Positions 15,029-24,662 of a stretch of 32,000 bases of DNA are shown here, one piece after another (within the stretch, counting starts at the first letter, position 1; each line of letters starts with the position of its first letter). The DNA comes from Opitutales bacterium (GTDB lineage Bacteria > Verrucomicrobiota > Verrucomicrobiia > Opitutales > UBA9783), in assembly GCA_046881885.1 (NCBI GenBank), contig JBKSMP010000028.1:30001-62000 (forward strand). The letters are read 5' to 3'. The translations under genes were made by a program, and so were the position numbers. The notes below the pieces were generated by a model, which saw nothing but the letters and a program-made list of their open reading frames with translations, had not been told where the DNA came from and did no database searches.

Positions 15029-16435
15029 ATGTGCATTTACATAATGGGAATTTGCGGAACAATGATGTCGCATGTCGCGTTGTTATTGAAAGAAATGGGT
15101 TATAGAGTTTGTGGCTCTGATCACAAATTTATGGATCCGATAGCCAGAATGTTGAAAGAGCAAGCGATTCCAACGTTTGAAGGATACGAGGTTGATCGCT
15201 TAAAAGCTTTACGTCCGGATGCAGTCATTATCGGTAATGTTATTTCTAGAGGAAATGTCGAAGTGGAATTTTTATTAAACACAAAGGCCTTTCCTTTTTA
15301 TTCTTTTCCAGAATTTTTAGAAAAAGTTCTTTTTAAGAAACGTCCGATGGTCGTGGTTTCAGGGACACATGGGAAGACGACCACAACAAGTGCATTGGCT
15401 TTTTTGTTAAAAGAGCCTTTAAATGCAGGGTATTTAATTGGAGGAATACCGAATAATTTTGAAACGGGTTGTGCTTTAGGGGCTGAGGATGCACCGTTTA
15501 TTATTGAAGGCGATGAGTATGATACGGCTTTTTTTGATAAACGAAGCAAGTTTTTCCATTATTGGCCGGATACGCTCATTATCAACGCCATTGAATTTGA
15601 CCACAGCGATATTTTTCGAGATTTACAGGAAATTCAACGTTCTTTTTACCAATTGACGCGTTTGTTACCTAAAGACGGTCATTTGGTTTTAAATGGAGAT
15701 GATCCTAATGTAAATGCTTTATTACCTTGCGATTGGACGCAAATCCATTCGGTAGGTTTCGGCGAACATAATCAATGGATTATCAATAATTTTAACACAG
15801 AAAATTTCCATATTTCGTTTGATTTATATCGCGATAAGCAGCTTATTTACGAGCATATCGAAGCTCCTTTGTTGGGAGAATTTAATGCACGAAATTTAGC
15901 CATGGCCTGTGTTGCTTGTTATGAAAATCGTTGGAAAATAAATCCGTACGATCTAAAGCAGTTTCATGGAGTTAAGCGTCGCCAAACCTTATTGCTGGAA
16001 GAAAAAAATTTGGTTTTGTATGAAGACTTTGGCCATCATCCTACGGCAATACAAGCAACTTTGAAGTCCTTAAAAACGGCTTATCCTGATCATAAACTCG
16101 TTGCTGTTTTTGAGCCCGCTTGTAATACGAGCGCTTCACATTATTTTGAAGAACAAGCAACAAATGCTTTTGAATCGGCTCATGAAGTTTGGTTGTTACC
16201 TCCTAAGCAGCATCTTTATAGCGATCGTTTTATTGATACCCCCAAGCTGCTCAATAGTGCTCAGCTGTGTGAGCAGTTACAGTATGCTGGGTGTTTAACA
16301 CGAACTTTTCCTTCCTATGATGAGCTTTTGTCATCATTAAATTCACAAAATTTTGCAGAAAAAACCGTTGTTTGTTGCTTCTCTAATGGAGGCCTTAGTG
16401 CGGCTTTAAAGGCGTTTTCTATACCCAGCAGCTAA
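15029..16435 (+). CDS. mpl: UDP-N-acetylmuramate:L-alanyl-gamma-D-glutamyl-meso-DAP ligase (murein peptide ligase)
   Basis: This is a Mur ligase with N-terminus MCIYIMGICGTMMSHVALLLKEMGYRVCGSD and P-loop SGTHGKTTTTS. The Mpl-typical EGDEYDTAFFDKRSKFFHYWP..NAIEFDHSDIF segment is present. Confidence 0.85.
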   Translation: MCIYIMGICGTMMSHVALLLKEMGYRVCGSDHKFMDPIARMLKEQAIPTFEGYEVDRLKALRPDAVIIGNVISRGNVEVEFLLNTKAFPFYSFPEFLEKVLFKKRPMVVVSGTHGKTTTTSALAFLLKEPLNAGYLIGGIPNNFETGCALGAEDAPFIIEGDEYDTAFFDKRSKFFHYWPDTLIINAIEFDHSDIFRDLQEIQRSFYQLTRLLPKDGHLVLNGDDPNVNALLPCDWTQIHSVGFGEHNQWIINNFNTENFHISFDLYRDKQLIYEHIEAPLLGEFNARNLAMACVACYENRWKINPYDLKQFHGVKRRQTLLLEEKNLVLYEDFGHHPTAIQATLKSLKTAYPDHKLVAVFEPACNTSASHYFEEQATNAFESAHEVWLLPPKQHLYSDRFIDTPKLLNSAQLCEQLQYAGCLTRTFPSYDELLSSLNSQNFAEKTVVCCFSNGGLSAALKAFSIPSS

Positions 16436-17449
16436 TTGTCCACAAGCACCTTGGATGGATTTACCGAAAGATTGTCGTACAGTAGCTTCGATGTGGCGTT
16501 GTTCCAATTGTTTTTGGAAGTGGATAGCGGCAGCACGGCTTGTTTCAGGAACAGGTAAGTTTGGAATTGCGTGAAAAGGAATTAAATTCACATGATAGAG
16601 GTAACGCAAATCGCCACGTTGCTGAAAAATAGCTTCAAGTTTATCTAAATCCTCTTTGCGATTGTTAACACCTTCCAATAATGTGTACGCAAGATAAATT
16701 TTACGTTTAGTTTTACGAACACGCTCATCTAAAGCCTCAAAGATCGCCTCTAACGGATATTTTTTTGCCATGGGCATCCATTGTTCACGTAGTTTTTGAT
16801 CTGGAAAGTGGAGCGAAAATGTGAGTGTAACATGCGGACAATGTTCATTGAGCTTACGAATACCTTCCACAATGCCTACCGTTGAAACGCTAATTCGGTG
16901 CGCACTTAAACCAAAGCCTTGAGGGTTTGATACTATATTTAATGCTTCTAGTATATGAGGATTCAGCAGAGCTTCACCCATCCCCATAACGGTAATGCGA
17001 TCCAAGCCTTCGTTGGTTTTAGCTACATAAAGGACTTGTCCCAAAATCTCATCTAAGGTTAAATTTCGCTTAAAGCCGATGCCTCCTGTTGCACAAAATC
17101 GACAGGCACATGGACAACCCACTTGTGTTGAAATACATAAAGAGCGAATGCCATCCTTGAAGCGCATATAAACACTTTCGATACGTTCCCCATCTTCCAA
17201 TTGAAACAGATACTTTTTTGCTTGTTCATCCTCTAATATTTCAATCGGGTCCAAGGGTAATAAACGATTTCCAAATTGTTCTTCTAGTTGCTTACGTAAG
17301 TCCAATGGAAATGTGGTTAAATCTTGAAAACTTAAGTGTTTATCTTTGAAGTAAAACTGCTGCCATTGTTTCTGGCGAAAACTGGGTTGGCCACTTTTTT
17401 CTAAAAAATCTGAAACCTCTTTAAAATGCACGTGTTTTACATTAAGCAA
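16406..17449 (-). CDS. rlmN: 23S rRNA/tRNA adenine-C2 methyltransferase, radical SAM
   Basis: SFRQKQWQQFYF, the radical SAM cluster motif CISTQVGCPCACRFCATG, MGMGEALLNP and the C-terminal GACGQL are all present. The 3' end overlaps the mpl 3' end by 30 nt. Confidence 0.9.
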   Translation of the reverse strand: MLNVKHVHFKEVSDFLEKSGQPSFRQKQWQQFYFKDKHLSFQDLTTFPLDLRKQLEEQFGNRLLPLDPIEILEDEQAKKYLFQLEDGERIESVYMRFKDGIRSLCISTQVGCPCACRFCATGGIGFKRNLTLDEILGQVLYVAKTNEGLDRITVMGMGEALLNPHILEALNIVSNPQGFGLSAHRISVSTVGIVEGIRKLNEHCPHVTLTFSLHFPDQKLREQWMPMAKKYPLEAIFEALDERVRKTKRKIYLAYTLLEGVNNRKEDLDKLEAIFQQRGDLRYLYHVNLIPFHAIPNLPVPETSRAAAIHFQKQLEQRHIEATVRQSFGKSIQGACGQLAAGYRKRL

Positions 17450-17473
17450 ATTTTTGGAAAAAACAATCGATAA

Positions 17474-18217
17474 TTACAAAAAAGAAAGTTGCGGATCTTC
17501 GGTATTTGCCGAGTAAAGTTTTTTTAGGAAAGAGGGGCGATGCAAAGGACAAGGTCCCCATTTTTGAATGGCTTCGCGATGTTTTTCGGTTCCATACCCC
17601 TTATGCTCATTAAAACCATAGTGCGGATAGGTTTTGGCCAATTCCTGCATGTAATGATCTCGTGTGATTTTGGCCACAATTGACGCTGCTGCAATGCAAA
17701 AGCTTGTACGATCACCTTTTACAAGACCTCTGTGTTCATAAGGTAATTGCTTTAAGGGAAGTCCATCTATAAGTATCGAAATATCCTTTTGCCTTGTATC
17801 AGAAACAAACAAAGAGGCCTTCTTTTTTAGGCTTAAGGAATGCTCTTTTTGTAGCTTCTCCAATGCCCTTTGAAACGCTAACGTTGTTGCTTGTAAAATA
17901 TTATGTGTTTCAATCTCATCTACACTTGCTTCACCATGAGCAAAGCCTATGGTTCCTGTTTGCGCAAGTTCTTGAAGTTGTTTAAAAGCTTCCTCGCGTT
18001 GCTCTTCGGATAATAGCTTCGAATCTTGGAAGAGTGTTAAAAACTCTGACGCTTGATAGGTTGCAAAAAACTGCTGACTTATCCAAATACTTCCTGCCAT
18101 TACAGGCCCAGCAAGAGCTCCACGTCCTGCTTCGTCGGCTCCGATTATACCTATGAATCCTTTTTCGAAAAATTGCGCATCGTAAGCCAAAAGAGAACTG
18201 TTTTTGTTTTTCGACAT
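17474..18217 (-). CDS. rnhB: Ribonuclease HII, 247 aa
   Basis: The catalytic motif IIGADEAGRGALAGPV, DSKLLSEEQRE, AAASIVAKITRD and HKGYGT are present. It is somewhat longer than typical because of an internal insertion. Confidence 0.85.
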   Translation of the reverse strand: MSKNKNSSLLAYDAQFFEKGFIGIIGADEAGRGALAGPVMAGSIWISQQFFATYQASEFLTLFQDSKLLSEEQREEAFKQLQELAQTGTIGFAHGEASVDEIETHNILQATTLAFQRALEKLQKEHSLSLKKKASLFVSDTRQKDISILIDGLPLKQLPYEHRGLVKGDRTSFCIAAASIVAKITRDHYMQELAKTYPHYGFNEHKGYGTEKHREAIQKWGPCPLHRPSFLKKLYSANTEDPQLSFL

Positions 18218-18233
18218 TGAGCTATTTTTAAAC

Positions 18234-18311
18234 TGGTCGGGTCAGTGAGATTCGAACTCACGACCCCTTGCACCCCATGCAAGTGCGCTATCCAGGCTGC
18301 GCTATGACCCG
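18234..18311 (-). tRNA. tRNA-Pro (anticodon GGG), CCA encoded
   Basis: The cloverleaf was folded by hand. The acceptor stem CGGGTCA/TGACCCG has C1:G72 and A73, as is typical of bacterial tRNA-Pro. The anticodon stem is CTTGC/GCAAG with loop AT-GGG-GT. The T-loop is TTCGAAT. Confidence 0.95.
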
Positions 18312-18325
18312 CCACTTCTTTAATT

Positions 18326-18354
18326 ATTAAGCACGGATTAAGGACAAAAGTCAA
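18326..18354 (-). promoter_or_regulatory. Candidate tRNA-Pro promoter: TTGACT, 17 nt, CTTAAT
   Basis: On the minus strand the -35 TTGACT is at 18354-18349 and the -10 CTTAAT (4/6) is at 18331-18326, with a 17-nt spacer. It lies about 15 nt upstream of the mature tRNA 5' end. Confidence 0.35.
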
Positions 18355-18376
18355 GTGGTATTGTTGTTGGAAAGTA

Positions 18377-19282
18377 TTAAAAAAGCAGCTCTTTAAGTTT
18401 TTGATCAAGCAGAGGAGCGACAGAAACAATGTTGAGATCTTTGTCAAAGCCGTTTTCCAAGATGGGTAAGGTATTGGTTTCAATTAAACCTGCAATAGAG
18501 CTTGTAGCTAAGTTCGAAAAAATTTCTTGTCGAGTAATTCCATGCGTTACGGCACAAACGATGTTACGAGCACCGTTTTGGTGTAAGTACGTACTTGCGG
18601 CTTGTAAGGTTTTGCCTGAATCAATCATGTCATCTATCAAAAGTACCGATTTTTGTGCAACATCTCCGACTAATTCTAGGATTTTAACCTGGTTGTTTTC
18701 GCGGATTTTTCTGCAAAAACCAAATGGCATTGCTAATGCGTTTGCAAACGATTGTGTCCTTTTTATAGCTCCTTCATCGGCTGCTACACATATCCAATTT
18801 TCCTTTGTTGGGTACAGTTCTTTGAATCTTTCTAAAAGTAAATTATGAGCAGAAAGGTTGTGGATCCTAAGTGCTTTGTTGGGTAAAACAGGCTCATGTA
18901 GATCAACTGTAATCCAATCTTGAACACCTGCATAAGCCATCAGATTCCCTATAAAAGAGCTTGTTGGCAATAAGTTTGTGTCGGATTGATTTTGTCGTGC
19001 ATAAGGTGAACAGGGCCAAACGACAATGATAGTTGATGCACCTGCACCTTTAGCCGCATTAATAGCCAGCAAAAGCTCCATTAAATCGGTGTTTATCTGT
19101 TGTGTTTGTTGGACAAAAAGAACAACTGGAAGATTCCTAACAGATTCCGAAAACCTTATCGAAAGCTCCCCATTAGCAAACTGAACCTTGTTTAAGTAAC
19201 AAGGCTCAATACCTAAATATGAACAGGTTTCTTGAAACAATTTGCACGTTTTCGATGTGCAAAAAGCTTTAATGTTTTGCAT
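18377..19282 (-). CDS. prs: Ribose-phosphate pyrophosphokinase family protein (divergent), 301 aa
   Basis: It is collinear with Prs: FANGELSIRFSESVRN, PYARQ, VDLHEP, the PRPP loop VLLIDDMIDSGKTL, and THG. Several canonical motifs are substituted (see findings). It overlaps the lpxD 3' end by 14 nt. Confidence 0.7.
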   Translation of the reverse strand: MQNIKAFCTSKTCKLFQETCSYLGIEPCYLNKVQFANGELSIRFSESVRNLPVVLFVQQTQQINTDLMELLLAINAAKGAGASTIIVVWPCSPYARQNQSDTNLLPTSSFIGNLMAYAGVQDWITVDLHEPVLPNKALRIHNLSAHNLLLERFKELYPTKENWICVAADEGAIKRTQSFANALAMPFGFCRKIRENNQVKILELVGDVAQKSVLLIDDMIDSGKTLQAASTYLHQNGARNIVCAVTHGITRQEIFSNLATSSIAGLIETNTLPILENGFDKDLNIVSVAPLLDQKLKELLF

Positions 19283-20360
19283 CTTGCTTTAAAAAACAAG
19301 CTTTCGTAGCATCTTCCGTTAGGTACGCAAAGGTTTTCTCGAGGTTATCAACACGCTTAAACAATTCAGGAATGCGCCGCTTCAAACTATCGATTCGATG
19401 CGCTAACATGTACGGTAATGCAGGCGTACCACGTACGAAACTATTGTCTTCAAGATCATGATTAACACCGGCTTGTGCGCCAATCATAACGTGGTTTCCG
19501 ATATGTAAATGGCCTGCTAATCCGACTTGTCCCGCAATGACGGCGTAATCACCAATGCGAGTGCTGCCTGCGATACCCACAAATGCAACAATAAAGCAGT
19601 GTTTGCCGATAACAACATTGTGGCCGATTTGAACCAAATTATCGATTTTTGTACCTTCGCCGATCCTTGTTTCATCAATGCGTGCGCGATCAATGGTTGT
19701 ATTCGCACCAATATCTACATGATCTTCCAGTACAACACGTCCTAATTGTGGTGAACGACGATGACAGCCTTCTTCGGTTTCGTAACCATAACCTTCGGAG
19801 CCAATAACGACCCCTGCATCCAAAAAGCAATTGTGGCCAATTTCGGTTTTATCTAAAATGGTGACGTTTGCTTTTATGCAAGTACCTGACTTGATAAGAA
19901 CATCATTCCCGACAAAAGCGTGCGCAACAAGTGAAACATCGTCTTCGATGATTGTGTTCGCACTGACAACGCATAAAGGGCCGATATACGCTTTTGAAGA
20001 AATTTTTGCAGAAGGATCGATAACAGCCGAAGGATGAATGCCAGGTTTAAATTTTGGCTTTATTTGCTGTTCGATGTCTCTGCAGATGGCATCCAAAGCT
20101 TTGGAAGGATTTTCCACCATTAAAAAGCACTGACCCGCTTTAGGCGATCCTACATAACTACTAGGAACTAAAATCAAAGCGGCTTTGGAAGAAAAAACTT
20201 CGGCTTTGTACTTCAAGTTTCCTAAGAAAGAAATGTCAGATTCAGTAGCCTTGTCCAAGCTAGCGATTCCCGTAAAAACATCACAAGAAGCGCTTCCTTG
20301 CACTTTTGAAGGCTGTACGAGTTCAACAATCTCATCGAATGTATACTTAATCGTTAGCAT
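19269..20360 (-). CDS. lpxD: UDP-3-O-acylglucosamine N-acyltransferase
   Basis: The N-terminal LpxD domain is present (GIASLDKATESDISFLGNLKY), followed by a long left-handed beta-helix of hexapeptide repeats. The bamA-skp-lpxD synteny supports the call. Confidence 0.9.
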   Translation of the reverse strand: MLTIKYTFDEIVELVQPSKVQGSASCDVFTGIASLDKATESDISFLGNLKYKAEVFSSKAALILVPSSYVGSPKAGQCFLMVENPSKALDAICRDIEQQIKPKFKPGIHPSAVIDPSAKISSKAYIGPLCVVSANTIIEDDVSLVAHAFVGNDVLIKSGTCIKANVTILDKTEIGHNCFLDAGVVIGSEGYGYETEEGCHRRSPQLGRVVLEDHVDIGANTTIDRARIDETRIGEGTKIDNLVQIGHNVVIGKHCFIVAFVGIAGSTRIGDYAVIAGQVGLAGHLHIGNHVMIGAQAGVNHDLEDNSFVRGTPALPYMLAHRIDSLKRRIPELFKRVDNLEKTFAYLTEDATKACFLKQDAKH

Positions 20361-20371
20361 GGCCTACGCAC

Positions 20372-20938
20372 TTATTTTTTATTTGTTTTAGGAGCTGCTT
20401 TGTTGACAACTTCAATAACGTCTTGAGTTAAATCGTACTTTGGTTTGGCGTATAAAACCCCCATTGCAGCTTTGTTAACAATGATATCTGCTTCTTTATC
20501 CTTAGCTAGAACCTCAATGCCTGCTTGGATTTCTTTAAAATGCTCGTCCATAACGGCTTGACGTTTTTCGCCTAATTTGCGTTCATTTTCGGCGCGATAC
20601 ATATTAATTTCTTCGCCTTTTTTATTAATCTTTTCGTCCAGGTTAGCTAACTCTTTTTCCAATTTTTCATTGATTTCTTTAGAATTAGCAGGATTTTCAC
20701 GCTTTTTTACTAAAATCTCGCGTTCATCAAAAAGAAGCTTTCCCTCTTGCATCAATTTTTCCAAGCCCTCTTGCGACTGTTTTACGAGCAGCTGGAAGTT
20801 TTCTTGTGCGGATTTTGTCTTATAAAAATGCTCATAAACCTCACTCAGATCTACAGCATAAATTTTTTGATCATCCCCCATCGTATTTAAAGAGGCGGAT
20901 ATAACTCCCATTGCTATTAAACTTATTTTCTTCAACAT
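20372..20938 (-). CDS. skp: OmpH/Skp family periplasmic chaperone, 188 aa
   Basis: It has a signal peptide and a Lys/Glu-rich coiled-coil core. It occupies the conserved position between bamA and lpxD. Confidence 0.8.
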   Translation of the reverse strand: MLKKISLIAMGVISASLNTMGDDQKIYAVDLSEVYEHFYKTKSAQENFQLLVKQSQEGLEKLMQEGKLLFDEREILVKKRENPANSKEINEKLEKELANLDEKINKKGEEINMYRAENERKLGEKRQAVMDEHFKEIQAGIEVLAKDKEADIIVNKAAMGVLYAKPKYDLTQDVIEVVNKAAPKTNKK

Positions 20939-20950
20939 AATTTTACCTTT

Positions 20951-23269
20951 CTAAAAAGAGACTCCAAATGAATACACAATATGGGGTGCTTTCTTCTTAT
21001 TATACGAATCTGTTTTCAAAGGGAAAGCAAAATCTAAACGAAAAGGTGCACCTAAAACGTGAATTCGTAATCCAAAGCCTGCATCACTGTTCCAGCCGCC
21101 TGATTTTGTGTCTAAATACTTATTATTAAGTTCTTTTACCTGACCTATGTCAAAAAATCCAACCAAGCGAACAATAGAGTGTACTTTGACAGAATATTCA
21201 GATTTTAAGTACGCAAAACGTTTACCTCCCAAATTTTCATGATACTGATCGTTGGTTTTTGGACCTACTTCGCGGTAGTCAAAGCCACGTAAATTGTCTG
21301 GACCACCCAAGAATTCGCGTTCAAAGAGTGGAACTTCTTGTCCTGATAAGCCACGAACAAAACCTGTTTTTCCGCCGATAAGAAAGGTTTGTTCATATTC
21401 TGGGCTAATTAAAAACCATCTAGCTGCTGTGAAATTTGTACGCAAATACTTAGTGGCTCCACCCAAACCTGCCCATTGATTATCCCAAACCAGATATGTT
21501 CCGCAGGTTGGATAAATAAACTGATCACGCGTGTCGCGTTCCAGCAAAAATCCAATTTTAGAAATAGTACGTTTTCCTTCTTCGTTTTTAATGACTTGCG
21601 AAACATCTGCAGAATGGACATCCGTTAATTTAAATTGCTCCAAATGGTAATACAATCGTCCTTCTACTTGTTCAAAAAGGCGTTTGGCCAAGTAAACTTC
21701 ACCCCCTAAACGAATTTCTTTGAAGTGATCGCTATCAAACTTGCTCATATTGCGAAACAAGTTAAAACCAAAACGTAATTCTCGATCAAACAACCAAGGT
21801 TCTTCGAACGATAACCCAACTTCATTCGAATACTTACCAAAGCTTGTATTAATCTGAAATTTTTGACCAGCACCACGGAAATAATCCTTGGAATTCTTAT
21901 AATCAAAGTTGTTTTGGCTTAATGTAACGCCAAAAGTAAACTTTTCAACACTGTTGAGCGCCCCCGAGAAATAAATACTTCCGGTCGGATTTTCTTCAAC
22001 AACAACTTTTATGTCTTTTTCGCAAGGGCTACTGGAATCTTCTGGAGCTAATTGAACGCTTTTGAAAAAGCCTGTATTATAGAGACGTTGTTCTGCTTTT
22101 TTAATGCGTGTACGGTCTAAAATGTCACCAGGAGCCAAGTTCATTTCACGTAAAATAACACGTGCTTGTGTATGAATATTTCCAGTTAAATAAAGCGAAT
22201 GAATGCGATATTGCAAGCCACGAGTGACTTGAAAATGTAAGTCCAATAAGCCTTCCGCAACCCATTTACGTGCAACATTTACCTCTGCGTCGATGTAGCC
22301 ATAACGTCCATAAAAATCACGAATACGTTCACAAGCTTCTTCTATTTTTTCGGGCGAAGCAATGTTTCCGTCTTTGAGTTGTACACATTTTCTTAGCGCC
22401 TCTAAATCATCTGCTTGATCGCAATTCAACGCAACTTGATGAATCTTATAACAAATGCCTTCGCTTACCGGAATAACAATGCGCAAAAGGTTGCCATTTT
22501 CTAATAAGCGAATTTTAGCATGTTCAATTTCTACATCTAAATAACCTTTATTTCTGTAAAGCGTTTCAATTTTTTCTAAATCTTTTTGCCAAATTGCTTC
22601 ATCAAAACGGCCCGTTTTCGTTAACCAAGATAACCAGCCCCATGGTTTGGTACACATGTGCTCCAGTAGTTCTTTGGCTTCAAAAACGCTTACGCCCTCA
22701 AAACGAATATCTTTAATGCGTAAACAAGGACCTTCTTTAACTTCAAAAATGACTGTATGATACCCTGTTTTGCTGGGTTTTGTGCGAACCTTTGCTTCTA
22801 CCTTGCAGTAACCTTTAGACTGATAAAAACGCTTTAATACAGCTAAATCTTGAACCAATTGACTTTCGTTCATGGGCTGATTAACGCGACTTTTCATCCC
22901 ATAAAGCAGTTCATTATCACGAAAATGTTTGTTGCCGATAAACTGAAAGGTTTCAATACGTGGACAAATTTTTCCCTGAAGACGAACCTTAAGTTTGCCA
23001 GAATCAACTTCGGTAAACCAATGCAGCTCATTAAACCAACCGGTTTTATAGAGCTGTTCGGAAGCTGAATCTAGATCTTTTCCGCGAACGTGATCACCTT
23101 CTTTAAAGCCTAATTGCGCGCGAACATAATCTTCGGAAATATTTTTGTAGCCTTGCAACTCAATTTGCAGTTGCTGAAGAGGTAACAACTCGCCGTTCCA
23201 AGTGCTTTCTTGTGCTTGCAAGAGCAAACTGTTTAATAAAATACCTAAAATCCATCCTAATTTTTTCAT
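20951..23269 (-). CDS. bamA: Outer membrane protein assembly factor BamA (Omp85), 772 aa
   Basis: It has a signal peptide, repeated POTRA-like modules, and a C-terminal beta-barrel ending in an aromatic residue (...YSFGVSF). Synteny with skp-lpxD supports the call. Confidence 0.9.
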   Translation of the reverse strand: MKKLGWILGILLNSLLLQAQESTWNGELLPLQQLQIELQGYKNISEDYVRAQLGFKEGDHVRGKDLDSASEQLYKTGWFNELHWFTEVDSGKLKVRLQGKICPRIETFQFIGNKHFRDNELLYGMKSRVNQPMNESQLVQDLAVLKRFYQSKGYCKVEAKVRTKPSKTGYHTVIFEVKEGPCLRIKDIRFEGVSVFEAKELLEHMCTKPWGWLSWLTKTGRFDEAIWQKDLEKIETLYRNKGYLDVEIEHAKIRLLENGNLLRIVIPVSEGICYKIHQVALNCDQADDLEALRKCVQLKDGNIASPEKIEEACERIRDFYGRYGYIDAEVNVARKWVAEGLLDLHFQVTRGLQYRIHSLYLTGNIHTQARVILREMNLAPGDILDRTRIKKAEQRLYNTGFFKSVQLAPEDSSSPCEKDIKVVVEENPTGSIYFSGALNSVEKFTFGVTLSQNNFDYKNSKDYFRGAGQKFQINTSFGKYSNEVGLSFEEPWLFDRELRFGFNLFRNMSKFDSDHFKEIRLGGEVYLAKRLFEQVEGRLYYHLEQFKLTDVHSADVSQVIKNEEGKRTISKIGFLLERDTRDQFIYPTCGTYLVWDNQWAGLGGATKYLRTNFTAARWFLISPEYEQTFLIGGKTGFVRGLSGQEVPLFEREFLGGPDNLRGFDYREVGPKTNDQYHENLGGKRFAYLKSEYSVKVHSIVRLVGFFDIGQVKELNNKYLDTKSGGWNSDAGFGLRIHVLGAPFRLDFAFPLKTDSYNKKKAPHIVYSFGVSF

Positions 23270-23270
23270 A

Positions 23271-24653
23271 TTAATCTAAATCCTTTGCATAGTTTTCAAA
23301 ACGTGTTAATGACCTTACATAGGTCAAATTAACGGCTCCAACAGGCCCATTACGCTGTTTAGCAATCAGTAATTCTCGTACAACGACATCGTCATTCGTT
23401 GTTTCATCGACAGGGCCATTTTCATCAAATTTTTTAGAAAGCAACAACACCAAGTCTGCATCTTGCTCAATCGAACCGGATTCACGTAAATCCGATAAAC
23501 GTGGTTGTCGGCGTTCTTTTTCAGATTCACGGTTTAGCTGACTCAAAACAATCACGGGAACATTTAATTCCTTTGCCAATCCTTTGATGCCTCTGGAAAT
23601 TTCTGCAATCTGTTGCTCACGTGGAGCTTTCGAATCGGTTCCAGAAATCAATTGTAAGTAGTCGATAATGACTAGTCCTAATCCGTGTTGTGCATGTACG
23701 CGACGTGCCTTTGAGCGCAATTCCAATATGGTTGCGTTTGAAGATGCATCAATCCACAAGGGTGCTTTTTTAAATTCAGATGCAACCATGGTAAGTTCGT
23801 GAGACTTGCCATCTGCAATGTATCCGGAACGTAACTTTGTCATATTGATACGTGCACGTCCACACAGCATACGGATAGCTAATTGTTCCGCGCTCATTTC
23901 AAGGCTGAAAAAAAGCGTTGGTACCGGATTTTTCCCTAAAATAGCTGCTTCAGCAAAATTAAGCGCTAAAGCCGTTTTTCCCATCGAAGGACGTGCGGCC
24001 AAAACAATCATTTCGGCGGGATGAAAACCAGATGTTAAGCTATCAAGTTCGACAAAACCACTTTTTACCCCACTCACACTACCTGAATGTTGTAACAGAT
24101 TTTGAATCGTGTTAACAGCTTTATCTAAAGAAACGTCAAATGCTTGTGCAGAATCTTCGACACGGCCACTACTAATCTCTAAAACTTTTCCTTCGACGCT
24201 TTCAATAAAATGATCAATATCGTCAACGCCTTGATAAGCATCTTCCAAGCCGGTCATGAAGAAACGAACTAGGTTACGCGCAATTTCTAAATCTTTTACT
24301 CTTTGTGCATAGAAACTCAAATTAGCAGGCGTCTCAATGCGATTTGTAATTTCATTAAGATAAGCGTAATTCCCGATACGTTCTAGCTTTCCAGAGGTCT
24401 TTAAACGCTCTGAAACGGTCAATTCGTTAACCGGAGCACCTTCCTGGTATAAAAGCAGGCAAACCTTGAAAATTTCTGCATGTGCAGGAATATAAAAAGA
24501 GTAGGGCGATAGCTTCAAATCGACGCATTTTGCTAAACTATCTTGCCCTCCTTCCAACATACAAGCAGCCAATAAAGCTTGCTCGTAATCCACACTGTAA
24601 GGAGGCTCTCGAAGTGCTTTTTCTCGCTTAACTTCGCTAGCCATACTTAACAA
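23271..24653 (-). CDS. dnaB: Replicative DNA helicase DnaB, 460 aa
   Basis: PPYSVDYEQALLAACML, Walker A ARPSMGKTALALN, Walker B LVIIDYLQL, SRGIKGLAKELNVPVIVLSQLNR and IAKQRNGP are all present. Confidence 0.95.
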   Translation of the reverse strand: MLSMASEVKREKALREPPYSVDYEQALLAACMLEGGQDSLAKCVDLKLSPYSFYIPAHAEIFKVCLLLYQEGAPVNELTVSERLKTSGKLERIGNYAYLNEITNRIETPANLSFYAQRVKDLEIARNLVRFFMTGLEDAYQGVDDIDHFIESVEGKVLEISSGRVEDSAQAFDVSLDKAVNTIQNLLQHSGSVSGVKSGFVELDSLTSGFHPAEMIVLAARPSMGKTALALNFAEAAILGKNPVPTLFFSLEMSAEQLAIRMLCGRARINMTKLRSGYIADGKSHELTMVASEFKKAPLWIDASSNATILELRSKARRVHAQHGLGLVIIDYLQLISGTDSKAPREQQIAEISRGIKGLAKELNVPVIVLSQLNRESEKERRQPRLSDLRESGSIEQDADLVLLLSKKFDENGPVDETTNDDVVVRELLIAKQRNGPVGAVNLTYVRSLTRFENYAKDLD

Positions 24654-24662
24654 TTACAACAA

